Below are positions 19,662 through 27,738 of a stretch of DNA of 57,877 nucleotides, piece after piece. Within the stretch, counting starts at the first letter, position 1, and each line of letters begins with the position of its first letter. Origin of the DNA: Gammaproteobacteria bacterium (GTDB lineage: Bacteria; Pseudomonadota; Gammaproteobacteria; Arenicellales; Poriferihabitantaceae); the NCBI GenBank assembly GCA_011088265.1, contig JAALKB010000001.1:107576-165452 (forward strand). Reading direction: 5' to 3'. The notes beneath the pieces were generated by a model. The model did no database searches and was not told where the DNA came from. It was given only the letters and a program-made list of their open reading frames with translations. Made by a program: the position numbers and the translations under genes.

Positions 19662-20243
19662 TTAACCGGGTTGGTTAGCACGGCGATATCGATTAAAGCG
19701 TTCGGTGTGATAGTGACCTTCCGTCACAAAGCGACCAAGCAAAAGAAAGTCATGCGCATTCTTTAACGCTCCTGTGTAACGGGTAATAAGGGAGCCCGAT
19801 GCATCGAAAAACGCGAATACCGGAGTTGCGCGTACGCGAAGCGACTTGAGCGCGAAATCTTTCGAAGTCATCTCTTCTCCGTTGAAATCCACAACGGGAA
19901 CATCTCCCTCAGCATCCACGCTAATCACCCTAAAATTTTCATGAAAGTAGTCCTGTACACTGACCCGGTTTAACACCTGTTGCTTCATTCTCATACACCA
20001 TGGGCAGTCTTTGGTTTCAAACATTATCAGAACGCCCTTCTTTCCTTCTTCTATTGCTATTGCCGCCTCTTCCTGCAAGTCCCCAAAAGAAACATCGAAA
20101 AAGGTATCGGCACCATCAGCGATATTATCTTCGGTTATTTGAGCGAGACCAGTATTCCAAATCGAAAACAGGGCAAGGACAACCAAAACAGTTACATTCC
20201 ATTCAATACTTTTTGCCGGCCCACCCAATCTGTTAATCTTCAT
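19662..20243 (-). CDS. periplasmic SoxW/COG2143-type thioredoxin-fold protein
   Basis: 193 aa. Signal/anchor segment, then KDCPWCMRM and ATPVFAFFD. First gene of a minus-strand trio with the TolC-like and HlyD-like genes. Confidence 0.75.
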   Translation of the reverse strand: MKINRLGGPAKSIEWNVTVLVVLALFSIWNTGLAQITEDNIADGADTFFDVSFGDLQEEAAIAIEEGKKGVLIMFETKDCPWCMRMKQQVLNRVSVQDYFHENFRVISVDAEGDVPVVDFNGEEMTSKDFALKSLRVRATPVFAFFDASGSLITRYTGALKNAHDFLLLGRFVTEGHYHTERFNRYRRANQPG

Positions 20244-20258
20244 CTATTTCGAACCCCT

Positions 20259-20288
20259 CGATAGTCTTAAATTCGATAGTCTTAAATT
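20259..20288. repeat. perfect tandem duplication, 15 bp x 2
   Basis: cgatagtcttaaatt twice in succession. Confidence 0.95.
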
Positions 20289-20327
20289 ACTTTCGCAAAA
20301 CCACAGCTCATTACACCAAACACCAAT

Positions 20328-20353
20328 CGGTGATAAAGATCGGCGATAAAGAT
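20328..20353. repeat. tandem duplication, 13 bp x 2 (1 mismatch)
   Basis: cggtgataaagat / cggcgataaagat. Confidence 0.9.
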
Positions 20354-20634
20354 CGATATTAGCCCCGATGAGACAATATTCACGGAGTAAGGATGAAATA
20401 GACCGCCTTACAAACCAGGAATAGGGCAGAAAACCAGAATTGACGCCTTCCTAATCAGACTCTTTATCCTATTTTGTTATAGGAGTTTAGCGACTAACCA
20501 GAACGATTATCAATAGCCCCTTGGCTTACCCAATATCCCCATTGCGCAATATGATCGTAATACTGCCTGTTATAGAATTAGGTCCAAATGACGCCAAAAT
20601 TAGCGTCAAAAACCGCACTTAGAACATCAATGCC

Positions 20635-22038
20635 GTGAAATATCTCCCTCTTCTGTTTGACATTACTGACAAACCCTGTCTGATTGTAGGCGGCGGAAAA
20701 ATAGCAACCCGAAGGGCCCAGAATATTTATAATGCAAATGCCCGTGTTGATGTTATCAGTGTCACAACAACGGACCAGATAGCCCAGATAGCCACGGAAT
20801 CAGGGGGTAAGGTTATCCTCCGATCATGGCATTCGAACGATATAAAGACATACTATCGATTTGTAGTTGCCGCAACAAATGATGAAAGAACTAATGTTAA
20901 GATTGCTGAAACATGCAAACAGCTTGGCATCCCTGTAAATGTTATCAGCGATTCAACGCTTTCTGACTTTTCGTTTCCTGCTGTCATCGATCGTGATCCT
21001 TTGACGATTACTGTTTCAAGTGGCAGCGCTTCCCCTATTCTAACGAAACTACTGGCTCAGCGCATTGATGCTTTGATTCCACAAGGTTATGGAAAACTCG
21101 CTACCTTAATCCGCAGATATCGCCATAAAATTAGAGAGAACATTCTGTCCCCTGGCAATCGCAAACTTTTTTGGGAAAGAGTTCTAACAGGGAACATTGC
21201 TGAACACATCTTTTCTGGCAACCAGTCTCGGGCGGAGGAGTTATTGCTAAAGTCCCTTACTGATCCCGAGAACACGACACCCAAAGGAGAGGTATACCTG
21301 GTTGGTGCTGGACCTGGAGACCCTGACCTATTAACGTTCCGAGCTTATAGATTGCTCCAACAGTCAGAGATTGTTCTTTATGATCGACTGGTATCGGAAA
21401 AAATTTTATCTCAGATTGGTTCGGACAAAAAAATGGTTTATGTTGGAAAACAACGATCAAACCACTCCGTCCCTCAAGGAGATATAAACCAGCTGCTGGT
21501 TGACTATGCTGTTGCCGGGAAAAGAGTTGCCCGTCTAAAGGGTGGGGATCCGTTTATTTTTGGCCGAGGCGGGGAAGAGATCGAGCTACTTGCTAGCAGA
21601 CAGATACCATTTCAGGTGGTACCGGGAATCACTGCCGCCTCTGGCTGTGCCAGCTATAGCGGAATTCCACTGACTCATAGGGATCATGCACAGTCAGTCA
21701 GGTTTGTCACTGGACAGTTGCAGGATGGAACCGTGGATCTTCCTTGGGACCAGCTTGTTGCACCGAACCAAACCGTTGTTATTTATATGGGATTAAATGG
21801 ATTACCTGCAATTTCGACAAACCTTATCCGCTACGGTATGAATTCAGAAACACCGGCGGCGATGATCGAGCAGGGAACCACCCTTGATCAAAAAGTCCAT
21901 ATTTCTACCATTGCAAAGCTACCAGACATGGTTGCCAGCCACTGCATCAGACCACCAACACTACTAATCGTTGGTAGTGTGGTATCGCTACACCACTCAC
22001 TCAATTGGTTCGGAAATTCATCTCCATCAAAGAAATAA
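20635..22038 (+). CDS. cysG: siroheme synthase (uroporphyrinogen-III methyltransferase / precorrin-2 dehydrogenase / ferrochelatase)
   Basis: 467 aa with a GTG start. N-terminal Rossmann motif (VGGGKIATRR) and the C-terminal methyltransferase motif GAGPGDPDLLT. Confidence 0.92.
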   Translation: MKYLPLLFDITDKPCLIVGGGKIATRRAQNIYNANARVDVISVTTTDQIAQIATESGGKVILRSWHSNDIKTYYRFVVAATNDERTNVKIAETCKQLGIPVNVISDSTLSDFSFPAVIDRDPLTITVSSGSASPILTKLLAQRIDALIPQGYGKLATLIRRYRHKIRENILSPGNRKLFWERVLTGNIAEHIFSGNQSRAEELLLKSLTDPENTTPKGEVYLVGAGPGDPDLLTFRAYRLLQQSEIVLYDRLVSEKILSQIGSDKKMVYVGKQRSNHSVPQGDINQLLVDYAVAGKRVARLKGGDPFIFGRGGEEIELLASRQIPFQVVPGITAASGCASYSGIPLTHRDHAQSVRFVTGQLQDGTVDLPWDQLVAPNQTVVIYMGLNGLPAISTNLIRYGMNSETPAAMIEQGTTLDQKVHISTIAKLPDMVASHCIRPPTLLIVGSVVSLHHSLNWFGNSSPSKK

Positions 22039-22074
22039 AAATCAACCATTTCAACTTCGAAAGAGGAGCATTTT

Positions 22075-22503
22075 ATGACGAGTTTCACTCCTATTCAATC
22101 CTTACTAGGCGGCATGCTAATTGGAACCGCCGTGATTATTTTAATGGCCTTTTTAGGCCGTATAGCTGGCTCCAGCGGAATCATCGGTAGCCTTCTACCC
22201 CCCAAATTGGCCAATGATAAAAGCTGGCGCATCGCCTTTTTAATCGGGTTGCTCATCGCTGCATTTCTATTGGATACGGTCGCCGATTATTCAGCCGTCA
22301 TTCAAAACATCACCACTGAGCCAATGCTAATCATAGGTGGGTTACTCGTTGGCATTGGCGTAACTCTCTCCTCTGGCTGCACTAGTGGACATGGTATATG
22401 CGGCCTGGCGCGCCTTTCCCCCCGATCCATTGCAGCCACTCTAACCTTCATGGCATCCACGGCTGTGACTGTTTTTATCGCCAAGCATTTAATAGGACAA
22501 TAA
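22075..22503 (+). CDS. YeeE/YedE-family membrane protein (half-size, sulfur transport)
   Basis: 142 aa and multi-pass. Conserved GCTSGHG(I)CG motif. Confidence 0.85.
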   Translation: MTSFTPIQSLLGGMLIGTAVIILMAFLGRIAGSSGIIGSLLPPKLANDKSWRIAFLIGLLIAAFLLDTVADYSAVIQNITTEPMLIIGGLLVGIGVTLSSGCTSGHGICGLARLSPRSIAATLTFMASTAVTVFIAKHLIGQ

Positions 22504-22505
22504 AC

Positions 22506-22922
22506 ATGATCATCATCATTTCATTACTTGCCGGGGTGATTTTTGGCTTCGGAATTCTGACTTCCGGAATGGCAAACCCTGCAAAAGTACAAAACTTTTT
22601 CGATGTAGCCGGTACATGGGACCCGAGTCTAGCGTTTGTCATGGGTGGAGCGCTGCTTATCACAACACCGGGTTACTACCTCATTCTTAAGATGAACAAA
22701 CCCTTGCTCGCCGAAAAATTCAATCTATCCACGAATAAGAAAATAGACTCTACACTGATCATTGGCTCTATCATCTTTGGCATAGGTTGGGGCATTACTG
22801 GGTATTGTCCCGGTGCAGTATTACCCGCAGTAGGGACAGGTAATCATAGCGCTCTACTTTTTTGTGTTGCTATGGCGACGGGGATGATGGCAGCCCGATT
22901 AATTCGAAGCAGGACTCTCTAG
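22506..22922 (+). CDS. YeeE/YedE-family membrane protein (second half-size subunit)
   Basis: ATG at 22506, 3 nt after the previous stop. Hydrophobic, with a GYCPG motif. The longer ORF starting at 22398 overlaps the previous gene and is rejected. Confidence 0.85.
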   Translation: MIIIISLLAGVIFGFGILTSGMANPAKVQNFFDVAGTWDPSLAFVMGGALLITTPGYYLILKMNKPLLAEKFNLSTNKKIDSTLIIGSIIFGIGWGITGYCPGAVLPAVGTGNHSALLFCVAMATGMMAARLIRSRTL

Positions 22923-23025
22923 GGACTGTTGACATTCGGCAATAAAAAAACATCAGATTAACTCATAGAACTTCTCTCGATCCTGCAACTATCGTAAAGA
23001 CCAAATTCAGATTGAAACTCACCCA

Positions 23026-23898
23026 ATGAACATACTTACCAAGCCAGAGGTTACCGGTTTTTTTGATAAAGACACAAACACCGTCAGCTACGTTGTAAGA
23101 GACCCTACGTCACAATCCTGCGCGGTCATCGATTCTGTCACAGATCTAGACTACGCTGCGGGACGAATCCATTACCAATCAGCGAACCAGATTATTGAAC
23201 ATATCAGTCAAAATGACCTGATACTGGAATGGATAATTGAAACTCATGCCCATGCAGATCACCTATCTGCTGCTCCATATATACAGGAAAAGCTCGGGGG
23301 GAAAATTGGAATTGGACAAAAAATTACCATGGTTCAGAAAGCATTTGGGCAGGTTTTCGGAAATAGTGAGCAATTTCGAACCGACGGCAGTCAATTTGAT
23401 CGACTGTTCTCTAACAACGATTCCTATGAGATTGGAAACATGAAAGCCGTTGCCATTTCGACTCCCGGGCACACCCCTGCGTGCATGAGCCATGTTATCG
23501 GTGATGCCATTTTCGTGGGAGATACTATTTTTATGCCAGATGGTGGCACAGCAAGAGTTGACTTTCCGGGAGGAGACGCCCGCCAGTTATTCCAGTCAAT
23601 TCAGAGAATCCTTTCTTACCCCGAAGAAACCCGACTGTTTGTTTGCCATGATTATGGACCAAATGGGCGCGATTTTAGATGGCAAACATCTGTCAGAGAG
23701 CAAAGAGAAAATAGCATTCATGTTAGAGATAATATGACAGAGGAAGAATTTATCACCATTCGGACTGAGCGTGATAAGCAGCTCGGCATGCCGAAGCTTA
23801 TCATTCCTTCAATTCAGGTGAATATTCGGGCTGGACATCTACCTGAAAAAGATCCGGGGGGTACCCGATTCATTAAAGTTCCCCTTAATGTTTTATGA
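23026..23898 (+). CDS. MBL-fold hydrolase, persulfide-dioxygenase (Blh/ETHE1)-like
   Basis: 290 aa. ETHAHADHLS metal motif and GHTPAC. The context matches H2S-detoxification operons. Confidence 0.78.
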   Translation: MNILTKPEVTGFFDKDTNTVSYVVRDPTSQSCAVIDSVTDLDYAAGRIHYQSANQIIEHISQNDLILEWIIETHAHADHLSAAPYIQEKLGGKIGIGQKITMVQKAFGQVFGNSEQFRTDGSQFDRLFSNNDSYEIGNMKAVAISTPGHTPACMSHVIGDAIFVGDTIFMPDGGTARVDFPGGDARQLFQSIQRILSYPEETRLFVCHDYGPNGRDFRWQTSVREQRENSIHVRDNMTEEEFITIRTERDKQLGMPKLIIPSIQVNIRAGHLPEKDPGGTRFIKVPLNVL

Positions 23899-23983
23899 TT
23901 TCTTCCTACAGGATAAGAACGTAGAACAACACAAAATCGGGGAACCACTGGTGTGATAGTCGCTCTAACAGGCGTACAAATCC

Positions 23984-24568
23984 TTGATTATTGGCAACAT
24001 GAAACGACACCTACCTGCATACATAAAACGGATTAGCTCCCGTCTCTGGATGTGCCTCTTTATTACTCTTTCAGGTGAGGCGCAATCAGACCAGGAAGCA
24101 CTGGGGAAGATCCATAACTGGATCAAGAATGAACATCCATTTGTCAACCACATTCAAGGAGAGCGGTTAGAATCAAAATTGGGCGATGATTCAAGCCTTG
24201 TACTGTTTGATGTGAGAGAGCAGTCCGAGTACGAAATTAGCCATCTTCAAAATGCAATCCGGGTTGATCCGGATATTAGCGCGAAAGAGTTCGGTGAACT
24301 TTACGGATCAAACCTCATGAATAAGACAGTAATATTTTATTGTTCGGTTGGAAGAAGATCATCAGTACTTGCAGAAAAAGTACAAAAGCAGCTTTTGGAA
24401 CAGGGTTCAACTCGGGTACTAAATCTGGAAAATGGGATATTTGGCTGGCACAATGAAACCAGAAAACTAACGCGGGGAACTGATGAAACCGAATTTGTCC
24501 ATCCTTATAGCTGGCGCTGGGGAAGGCTCATTGAGCGCGAGGATTTAATTCGGTACGACCTGGACTAA
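23984..24568 (+). CDS. rhodanese-domain protein
   Basis: 194 aa. Active-site loop YCSVGRRSS. An alternative start lies at 23999. Confidence 0.8.
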   Translation: MIIGNMKRHLPAYIKRISSRLWMCLFITLSGEAQSDQEALGKIHNWIKNEHPFVNHIQGERLESKLGDDSSLVLFDVREQSEYEISHLQNAIRVDPDISAKEFGELYGSNLMNKTVIFYCSVGRRSSVLAEKVQKQLLEQGSTRVLNLENGIFGWHNETRKLTRGTDETEFVHPYSWRWGRLIEREDLIRYDLD

Positions 24569-24571
24569 ACG

Positions 24572-24973
24572 TTAACGACTACCCACCAGAGTAATCGCTT
24601 TTTCGATGGATTTCTCAAGATAATAACCATAATAGTCCGGGGTCATTAACCCAACCATTCGTTCAACCAATTCGTTTTTTTCATCGTCAATGAAAATCAC
24701 AGTTGGTGTGAAATCTGAATCGTAAGCAGAAAGAAAATCTCTGGTCGAGATTACCCGACCACCTTTATCGATAATGGTTTCACCCGCGTCAATGGAGACT
24801 TTAGCAAAGATCGCCCGATCTGCAAATTCTCCACTGGAAATAATCGCTGCAAAAAACTCACCTTCCACCCGTCGACAATATGGGCAATCAGATTGGTCTA
24901 CCATGAGCACCACTGGCTGGCTGGTTTCTTTCGCGAGTTTCGATATGGCTTGCCAATTTTCTGCTATTCTCAT
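24572..24973 (-). CDS. cytoplasmic SoxW/COG2143-type thioredoxin-fold protein
   Basis: 133 aa with no signal peptide. SDCPYCRRV and FTPTVIFID, the same module as at 13764, 14400 and 19662. Confidence 0.75.
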   Translation of the reverse strand: MRIAENWQAISKLAKETSQPVVLMVDQSDCPYCRRVEGEFFAAIISSGEFADRAIFAKVSIDAGETIIDKGGRVISTRDFLSAYDSDFTPTVIFIDDEKNELVERMVGLMTPDYYGYYLEKSIEKAITLVGSR

Positions 24974-24991
24974 TTAGATACTATCGAATGT

Positions 24992-25087
24992 GTTAGTCAG
25001 TTCACAAAGGAAGCGATAAAAAGGGCGTTGACTCTCACCAACACCCTTCGTCTAGACTGGCAGCAAGCCAATTAGAAACTGACTAAC
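24992..25087. repeat. nested inverted repeat between the small helical ORF and the thioredoxin-like gene
   Basis: GTTAGTCAGTT (24992-25002) pairs with AACTGACTAAC (25077-25087), 11 of 11 positions. Inner arms AAGGGCGTTG-actctcac-CAACACCCTT match at 9 of 10. Confidence 0.85.
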
Positions 25088-25116
25088 TGCCCAGCAAGGT
25101 TTTGAGGGTAATTGAC

Positions 25117-25359
25117 CTATTGAGGAACCCTCGCCTGCCACAAGCCCCCTTCACGCTCATGCTGAGCCACAGCATCAGAGGCTTGTTCATGGGCTTTCGC
25201 TACTAATTTCACTGCCTCTTCATTCTCACCAGCTTCATTAGCAGCTTTCGCTTTTTTCAGGAGCTTTTTGGTATCTCTCCATTCAAAACCTAATTTAGCG
25301 GCGGCCTGGCGTTGTTCATCAGCGGCTTTCCATGAAGCTTCAAATTCATCACTTGCCAT
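25117..25359 (-). CDS. small Ala/Lys/Glu-rich helical protein of unknown function
   Basis: 80 aa counted from the ATG that overlaps the soxB stop (ATGGCAAGTGA). The ORF extends to 25437 with a weak signal-like prefix. Composition is low-complexity helical. Confidence 0.4.
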   Translation of the reverse strand: MASDEFEASWKAADEQRQAAAKLGFEWRDTKKLLKKAKAANEAGENEEAVKLVAKAHEQASDAVAQHEREGGLWQARVPQ

Positions 25360-26992
25360 GGCGCTGGAAATCAACCCCTCGGACCATGTCGCCCCCAGAT
25401 TGAAAATAGGGATCTGGATCAAATAGATTATCAGCAACTGATTCGAGTACGGTTAGCAAATTTTCCCCGGTCATGTCCTGAACATAGGTCTCGCCATAGG
25501 TCATAGCCGTCTGGGTCATAACATCTTCCATGGTAATCCATTCCCCCGATAACACACTGGTACCCCAACGAAATCCGGGGGACAACGAAATATCTGCTCC
25601 ATATTCATGCCGAATTGCGTCACAAATAAGCTGATCCCAGGTGCCCATAAAATTCCCTCTTCGAAACAGAACCCGGTCAGACTTCGCCAATTTTTCTGTC
25701 AGAATAGCGTCATATTTCCGGCCAAGACGAAGTGGATTTACCTCAAACGCCTCGGCACGGGACTCGATCACCTGATCATCATAAGCCTGCCCTCTCAATG
25801 TAGAAATAAAGCTGGCGACTCCGGGATCAGCATCAAGTAGTTTTTCGAATACGGGGACCAGGTGATACTGCATTCCTTTAACTTCACCTTCATCAATATC
25901 AAAGTCCATCACACCAACAAATTTTCCATTGGTTCCCGCATTTGTGACCATGCACGTTCCGCCATCAGGGGTAGTCACATTAATTGGGACCGGAACGCCA
26001 TCATGAGTGTGTCCACCAAAAATAGCATCAATGCCATTGACTCTGGATGCGAGTTTTAAATCCACGTCCATTCCATTATGAGACAAGAGGATAATAGCGT
26101 CCGGAGCTTCTGTTTCCTGGATGGTATGAACCAATGCAATCATCTCTTCTTCCCTTATTCCAAATGACCAGTCAGGAAAAAAGCCCTGGGGATTAGCATT
26201 GGCTGTACGTGGGAAAGCCTGTCCTATAACGCATATTTTTCTTCCAGCAATAACACGGGATGTGTATGGTTTGAATGCTATCCCTTCGTCTTCATCAAAC
26301 AATCCCAACCCACCATATCTATCTGTCATCTCAAAATAGGAATCATCAAATAAGCTGTCTTCCTTAATCCGAATATTTTGGCTCAGAAACTCACCCTTGA
26401 AGCGCTTGAGATTGGCAAGAAACTCCTCCTCGTGATAGGTAAACTCCCAATGGCCCGTCATAATATTCACATCAAGCAGATTGGAGGCATCGACCATATC
26501 CACTCCCCGGGTCCAAAGCGCAGTAGCCGATCCCTGCCATAAATCGCCTCCATCCATAGTAAGCGTATTCTCAATACCTCCCGCCTGAGCCCGCATTCGA
26601 TCAAGTAGTGTTTTTATCTGGGCAAACCCTCCCATCCGACCATATTTCCGCGCATTGGTCTCAAAGTCCAGATTGGTATACGCATAGGATTCGATGCTGC
26701 CCGGTTCAATTCCAGCTCTATCCAACAGGGCTCTTCCTACAAGATGGGGGAGCTGTCCCTTAGCCTCGCCTACGCCAAGGTTAACATTGGGTTCCCGGTA
26801 GTAAACCGGTAGCAGCTGGGCATGGGTGTCTGTGGTGTGAAGCACTCGGACACTCCCCTTTATGGGAATATCGTATAGAGTTTCCAGGCTTTCCGCATTG
26901 GCCAATTCAAGAATATCATTGCGTACGGCCAGGGTACCTGTTGCAGCGAAACCAATCAATTTCAAGATAGTTCTTCGATTAAGTTTTGTCAT
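25349..26992 (-). CDS. soxB: thiosulfohydrolase SoxB (apparently C-terminally truncated)
   Basis: Tat signal (NRRTILK), metallophosphoesterase motifs (HTTDTHAQ, GGHTHD) and a 5'-nucleotidase C-domain. The ORF stops 8 codons after the conserved GGDMVR motif. Confidence 0.85.
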   Translation of the reverse strand: MTKLNRRTILKLIGFAATGTLAVRNDILELANAESLETLYDIPIKGSVRVLHTTDTHAQLLPVYYREPNVNLGVGEAKGQLPHLVGRALLDRAGIEPGSIESYAYTNLDFETNARKYGRMGGFAQIKTLLDRMRAQAGGIENTLTMDGGDLWQGSATALWTRGVDMVDASNLLDVNIMTGHWEFTYHEEEFLANLKRFKGEFLSQNIRIKEDSLFDDSYFEMTDRYGGLGLFDEDEGIAFKPYTSRVIAGRKICVIGQAFPRTANANPQGFFPDWSFGIREEEMIALVHTIQETEAPDAIILLSHNGMDVDLKLASRVNGIDAIFGGHTHDGVPVPINVTTPDGGTCMVTNAGTNGKFVGVMDFDIDEGEVKGMQYHLVPVFEKLLDADPGVASFISTLRGQAYDDQVIESRAEAFEVNPLRLGRKYDAILTEKLAKSDRVLFRRGNFMGTWDQLICDAIRHEYGADISLSPGFRWGTSVLSGEWITMEDVMTQTAMTYGETYVQDMTGENLLTVLESVADNLFDPDPYFQSGGDMVRGVDFQRHGK

Positions 26993-27108
26993 AGGAAGTT
27001 TCTAATTCGACTAATTTAAAATGAGAATAGGCTATTTTAGGATACTATCAGAGTTGCATTAGGCCAGAGTTGATAGGAGCTGTTTTCACTTCCAACTCTC
27101 GACCCTTA

Positions 27109-27136
27109 CCTTACCTTCTCAACCTTACCTTCTCAA
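27109..27136. repeat. perfect tandem duplication, 14 bp x 2
   Basis: ccttaccttctcaa twice, preceded by a partial ccttac. Confidence 0.95.
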
Positions 27137-27442
27137 ACCTACTTTAATCAGGCCAAGGAATTGTATCTTCCTTTATGGATATAGTGACTCTAGCGTCATT
27201 ATCCCCGTGAGATATCGCACCGATCCGTTTCGCTGTATAGAATACATTCAGAATATGAAAATTCTGGCATTCAGATTGTTAGCACCCCAGCACATAAAAA
27301 CCGCTGTTACAAAGAATTGCTTTCTTTATTTGGTCTACTCGTCTACTAATATCATCAATTGGCCATCAAATTAGCCATCAATTGATAATGCCCTGAAATT
27401 CATATCATCCTTAATACTTAACAAAATTTAAAGATCAACAAC

Positions 27443-27673
27443 ATGACTGAAGCCAATCAGGAACTAGATGCCAGAAATCTGAATTGCCCTCTTCCTATTT
27501 TGAAGGCAAAAAAAACCATTAACAAAATGGAATCCGGTCAGGTTTTAAGAATTCTTGCCACGGATCCAGGCTCGGTCAAAGACTTCGAAGCCTTTGCCAG
27601 ACAAACCGGCAACGAATTGCTTGAGTCAACAGAGTCTGGCGATGAATTTCATTTTTTGCTGCAAAAAAAGTGA
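27443..27673 (+). CDS. tusA: TusA-family sulfurtransferase
   Basis: 76 aa. Conserved LNCPLPILKAKK (CPxP) motif. Confidence 0.9.
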   Translation: MTEANQELDARNLNCPLPILKAKKTINKMESGQVLRILATDPGSVKDFEAFARQTGNELLESTESGDEFHFLLQKK

Positions 27674-27738
27674 CTAAACACTCAACACTGAATTGGAAAT
27701 CATGTGAACCACATTTTCCTCAATATCCGGAGTAACCC

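Noticed and set aside
22398-22505. Upstream extension of the second YeeE-half ORF, overlapping the first half by 106 nt
   Set aside because: The ATG at 22506 gives a hydrophobic N-terminus directly after the previous stop. The extension (Arg/His/Cys-rich) is the out-of-frame read of the first gene.
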